Shown in pieces: positions 61,527 through 64,000 of a stretch of DNA of 64,000 bases; positions within the stretch are counted from its first letter, which is position 1; every line of letters begins with the position of its first letter. This stretch comes from Limisphaerales bacterium (lineage in GTDB: Bacteria > Verrucomicrobiota > Verrucomicrobiia > Limisphaerales > JAJOIW01), in contig CBFHOE010000010.1 in NCBI GenBank assembly GCA_965657355.1, positions 1-64,000 on the forward strand. The letters are read 5' to 3'. The notes under the pieces were generated by a model. It did no database searches, was not told the origin of the DNA, and was given only the letters and a program-made list of their open reading frames with translations. A program made the translations under genes and the position numbers.

Positions 61527-62264
61527 TTAAAATGTATATGAGACTCCAGTAATAAGCCTGAGGTCATTACTATTTCGACCCAAAGCAGGCTGGTTATCAT
61601 AATTATCTTGAATAACAGCTCTCAAAGAAAGGTTATCTGTAATTTTAGACTCGATACCGACCTCCATCAGCAATAGAAAATTTTCAAAATCGTCGATTTG
61701 AGGTAAAAATTCTGCTGATTGCCAAAAGTTTGCCCTTTCGTTTATTTTCCGAGTATAATTTTCAGCAATTCGTATGCTCGCATAGTTATCCGTGACACCA
61801 CCTTGTTCCTCGTAAACATAATTTCCACCAGCCTGAATAGTCAGTGTTGCGTCATCATTTTTAAGAAAATAGTAACCAACACCAGGACCAAGAATGAGTC
61901 GGATATTAACATCCGCAATATCGTCGTGAAGTGCATCTAAACGGACATATCCAAATAGCCTATCATTGACGAGCCTATTATATTGCCCAAATCCCCTTAG
62001 AAACTGAGTATTAATACTACCACCGTCTTCACCATAGGTAGCTGTTCCACCAAGGCTTACTTCATTTTTGGAGCCCTTGCGATCAGCCTGAAAATTAGCA
62101 GTGGCCAACAATGTTTCGCTGTTACCCCGGGTTAAGGTTAGGCCAAAAGAAGCCGTTTTATCCCATTTAATTTTTTGCTCTTCTTGAGCAAATATACCTG
62201 TAGAAATAAATCCTAGAATAATGAAAGCTATGAATATTTTTTTCATAAATGTCTGGTTTAACAT
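61527..62264 (-). CDS. DUF481 (YdiY-like) outer-membrane beta-barrel
   Basis: Signal peptide, G...T.GNSET, GPGVGY, amphipathic strands, terminal GVSYTF. Confidence 0.88.
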   Translation of the reverse strand: MLNQTFMKKIFIAFIILGFISTGIFAQEEQKIKWDKTASFGLTLTRGNSETLLATANFQADRKGSKNEVSLGGTATYGEDGGSINTQFLRGFGQYNRLVNDRLFGYVRLDALHDDIADVNIRLILGPGVGYYFLKNDDATLTIQAGGNYVYEEQGGVTDNYASIRIAENYTRKINERANFWQSAEFLPQIDDFENFLLLMEVGIESKITDNLSLRAVIQDNYDNQPALGRNSNDLRLITGVSYTF

Positions 62265-62406
62265 GATATTTACTGCGTAAGCAGCTATTTCACTCCATAA
62301 CCTTTGTCCTAATAAATAAAAATAGGTTTACTGGATGGTGACGGAATAATGTAAAATATTATTTCTAAATCCCCAGGGGGCAAGAGAATTTGGTTGTTAT
62401 GGGGAA

Positions 62407-63996
62407 TCAATATTGATAGGTCGGTTCGACCTCCGTTGTCGGCCGGGGGAATTGGTCACTACTCATTCTTACAGTAAACCTCACGTCGCCTTTGCTCAAG
62501 GCCTTCACAGAGACTTTCCAACTCACGCTTTTTTTCGGATCGATCCTTACAAGGGGTTGCATGATGATTTCCTGGTAAGTTATACCGTTAATCTGTTTTT
62601 TTTCGCCGAGTTTGGCTGCGCTTTCTCCAAAAGTAGAAACATATTCTTGGGTTTCCTCCAATTCACAAACAACAATAACGTTTGAAGCAGTGGAAGTACC
62701 TTGGTTAGTCACTGTGATTTCGTAAATGAATTCTTCATTCACAGGCACAGGATCTTTTAAATCCTTAACCTCAAGGGCAATTGCAGGGATTCCGGTAAAT
62801 TTAACGGAAGATGAAGAGGATTCGGCGATACCCCCGGGGATACTAATACTGCTCTTAAATTGATATTCCCCAGGAACATCAGACTTCACGTTAATTGAAA
62901 GATCAGTGGAGTCCCCAGACGGCAAATTAACAAGATCCCACTGAATGTTTGAGCCAACTTTTCTTCCTCCATTGTTGATCGCCAGGATGGTTATGTCATT
63001 GGGGATACCAAGTTGAACGGTAGCATTTCTGGCAGGAGCATTGCCGGTATTGAAAACAACTAAATTTACGAGAACCTCTTTGCCGATAAACCTTTGAGAA
63101 GGAGATTCAGATCTGATTTGAAGTCGAGGGGCTCTGACTTCAGTGATCATTTGAGCATTACTTGCCGCTCCCTGTTCGGAAATGGCTTTAAGGTCCAGTT
63201 GATAAATCCCGGCGGCTTGAGGCAGCAGTTCGAACGAGAACTTCATTTCAGCCCCGGGAGAAAGGAAGTTTTGTTTGAATTCTATCTTTTTTTCTCCTGA
63301 GAGACTTTTAAGATTTTCCGGAACGAGACCAGAGACGAAAAGTCCTGAAAGGCTGCTGGATCCTGTATTTTTGACTTTGACTTCATATCGAATTGGCTGG
63401 GTGTGAATACTGACCTGAGGAGCAACAACTGATAGCTCTAGATCTGCTCGGGTTGCTTTAATTGTATCAAACATGACAGTTTGAAAAGTTGCCCAACCCC
63501 TTGTCGTGATCTCCCCTTCGGTGACGGCTTTACCTTTTATTTGAATGACTTTTGATTCCCTCGGCCCCAGGTTTCCAATTTTCCAGGTGGAAACGGATAG
63601 ATCAGAAATTATGGGCTTTATTGGAGATGAAACAGTAACTTCAAAGTTACTGGAAGTCTTGTCATGGATCGCGACATTAATTAAATGATGGGGTGTCAAA
63701 TTTTGCACTCGATATTCATAGGTGAATTCAGAATTAAGAGTGACTTCCTGTGGAAGTATTTTTTCAAGAAGCAACCCACTGCTTTCCACTTTTCCCGTTG
63801 GAATGGGAACAGAATTCCGGACAAAAGTTACGCCATCGCGGACTATTGTTTCTGTAGTAACAATGGGATCCATTGCTGGACTAATGATTGGATTTCGAAC
63901 CTCTACTTGCCCACTGCCTGATATCGCAAATAATAACAAGAAATGAAAAAGAAGAGTTCGAATACAGATATACCCAATTTTATTGTATCGTCTCAT
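62407..63996 (-). CDS. DUF11-repeat protein resembling chlamydial OmcB
   Basis: Repeated Y.I.V.N.G motifs. The C-terminus (D..DPV.V.E...YEITVTNQG...VKA...GD......SSD...P....E.T..Y) parallels the OmcB C-terminus. Start is near the window edge. Confidence 0.8.
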   Translation of the reverse strand: MRRYNKIGYICIRTLLFHFLLLFAISGSGQVEVRNPIISPAMDPIVTTETIVRDGVTFVRNSVPIPTGKVESSGLLLEKILPQEVTLNSEFTYEYRVQNLTPHHLINVAIHDKTSSNFEVTVSSPIKPIISDLSVSTWKIGNLGPRESKVIQIKGKAVTEGEITTRGWATFQTVMFDTIKATRADLELSVVAPQVSIHTQPIRYEVKVKNTGSSSLSGLFVSGLVPENLKSLSGEKKIEFKQNFLSPGAEMKFSFELLPQAAGIYQLDLKAISEQGAASNAQMITEVRAPRLQIRSESPSQRFIGKEVLVNLVVFNTGNAPARNATVQLGIPNDITILAINNGGRKVGSNIQWDLVNLPSGDSTDLSINVKSDVPGEYQFKSSISIPGGIAESSSSSVKFTGIPAIALEVKDLKDPVPVNEEFIYEITVTNQGTSTASNVIVVCELEETQEYVSTFGESAAKLGEKKQINGITYQEIIMQPLVRIDPKKSVSWKVSVKALSKGDVRFTVRMSSDQFPRPTTEVEPTYQY

Positions 63997-64000
63997 ATAC

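Overview
About 64 kb of bacterial chromosome. The gene content points to the PVC superphylum, most likely Verrucomicrobiota: PSD1/DUF1549-DUF1553 plus DUF1501 pairs, DUF1080, ThuA, DUF1844, a TIGR02604-type dehydrogenase, a lamin-tail/CotH protein and an OmcB-like protein. This taxonomy is inferred from families recognised by eye. The window opens in an A-rich stretch of small unknown ORFs that runs into a comM (YifB) gene lacking everything before its Walker A motif, which probably marks the end of a mobile element inserted in comM. Housekeeping genes follow (sdhCAB, fbaA, manA, accA, zwf, iscA, hscB-like). A four-gene signalling cassette combines a PAS hybrid kinase, a REC/degenerate HD-GYP protein, a REC-PP2C-anti-sigma kinase and a STAS protein. 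There are many exported enzymes, and a surface locus encoding a 3768-aa adhesin-like protein with a triplicated N-terminal repeat and a pure (GAT)25 poly-Asp tract, a six-Ig protein, a DUF481 beta-barrel and a cysteine-poor OmcB-like protein. The most notable observation is that three otherwise unrelated signal-peptide proteins end in the same ~65-70 aa domain (P..I/L....L/I.WP.......S....G..W.....FF[RK]L), a candidate C-terminal sorting/secretion signal. No rRNA, tRNA or CRISPR array was recognised. All family assignments are from motif recognition, not database searches.
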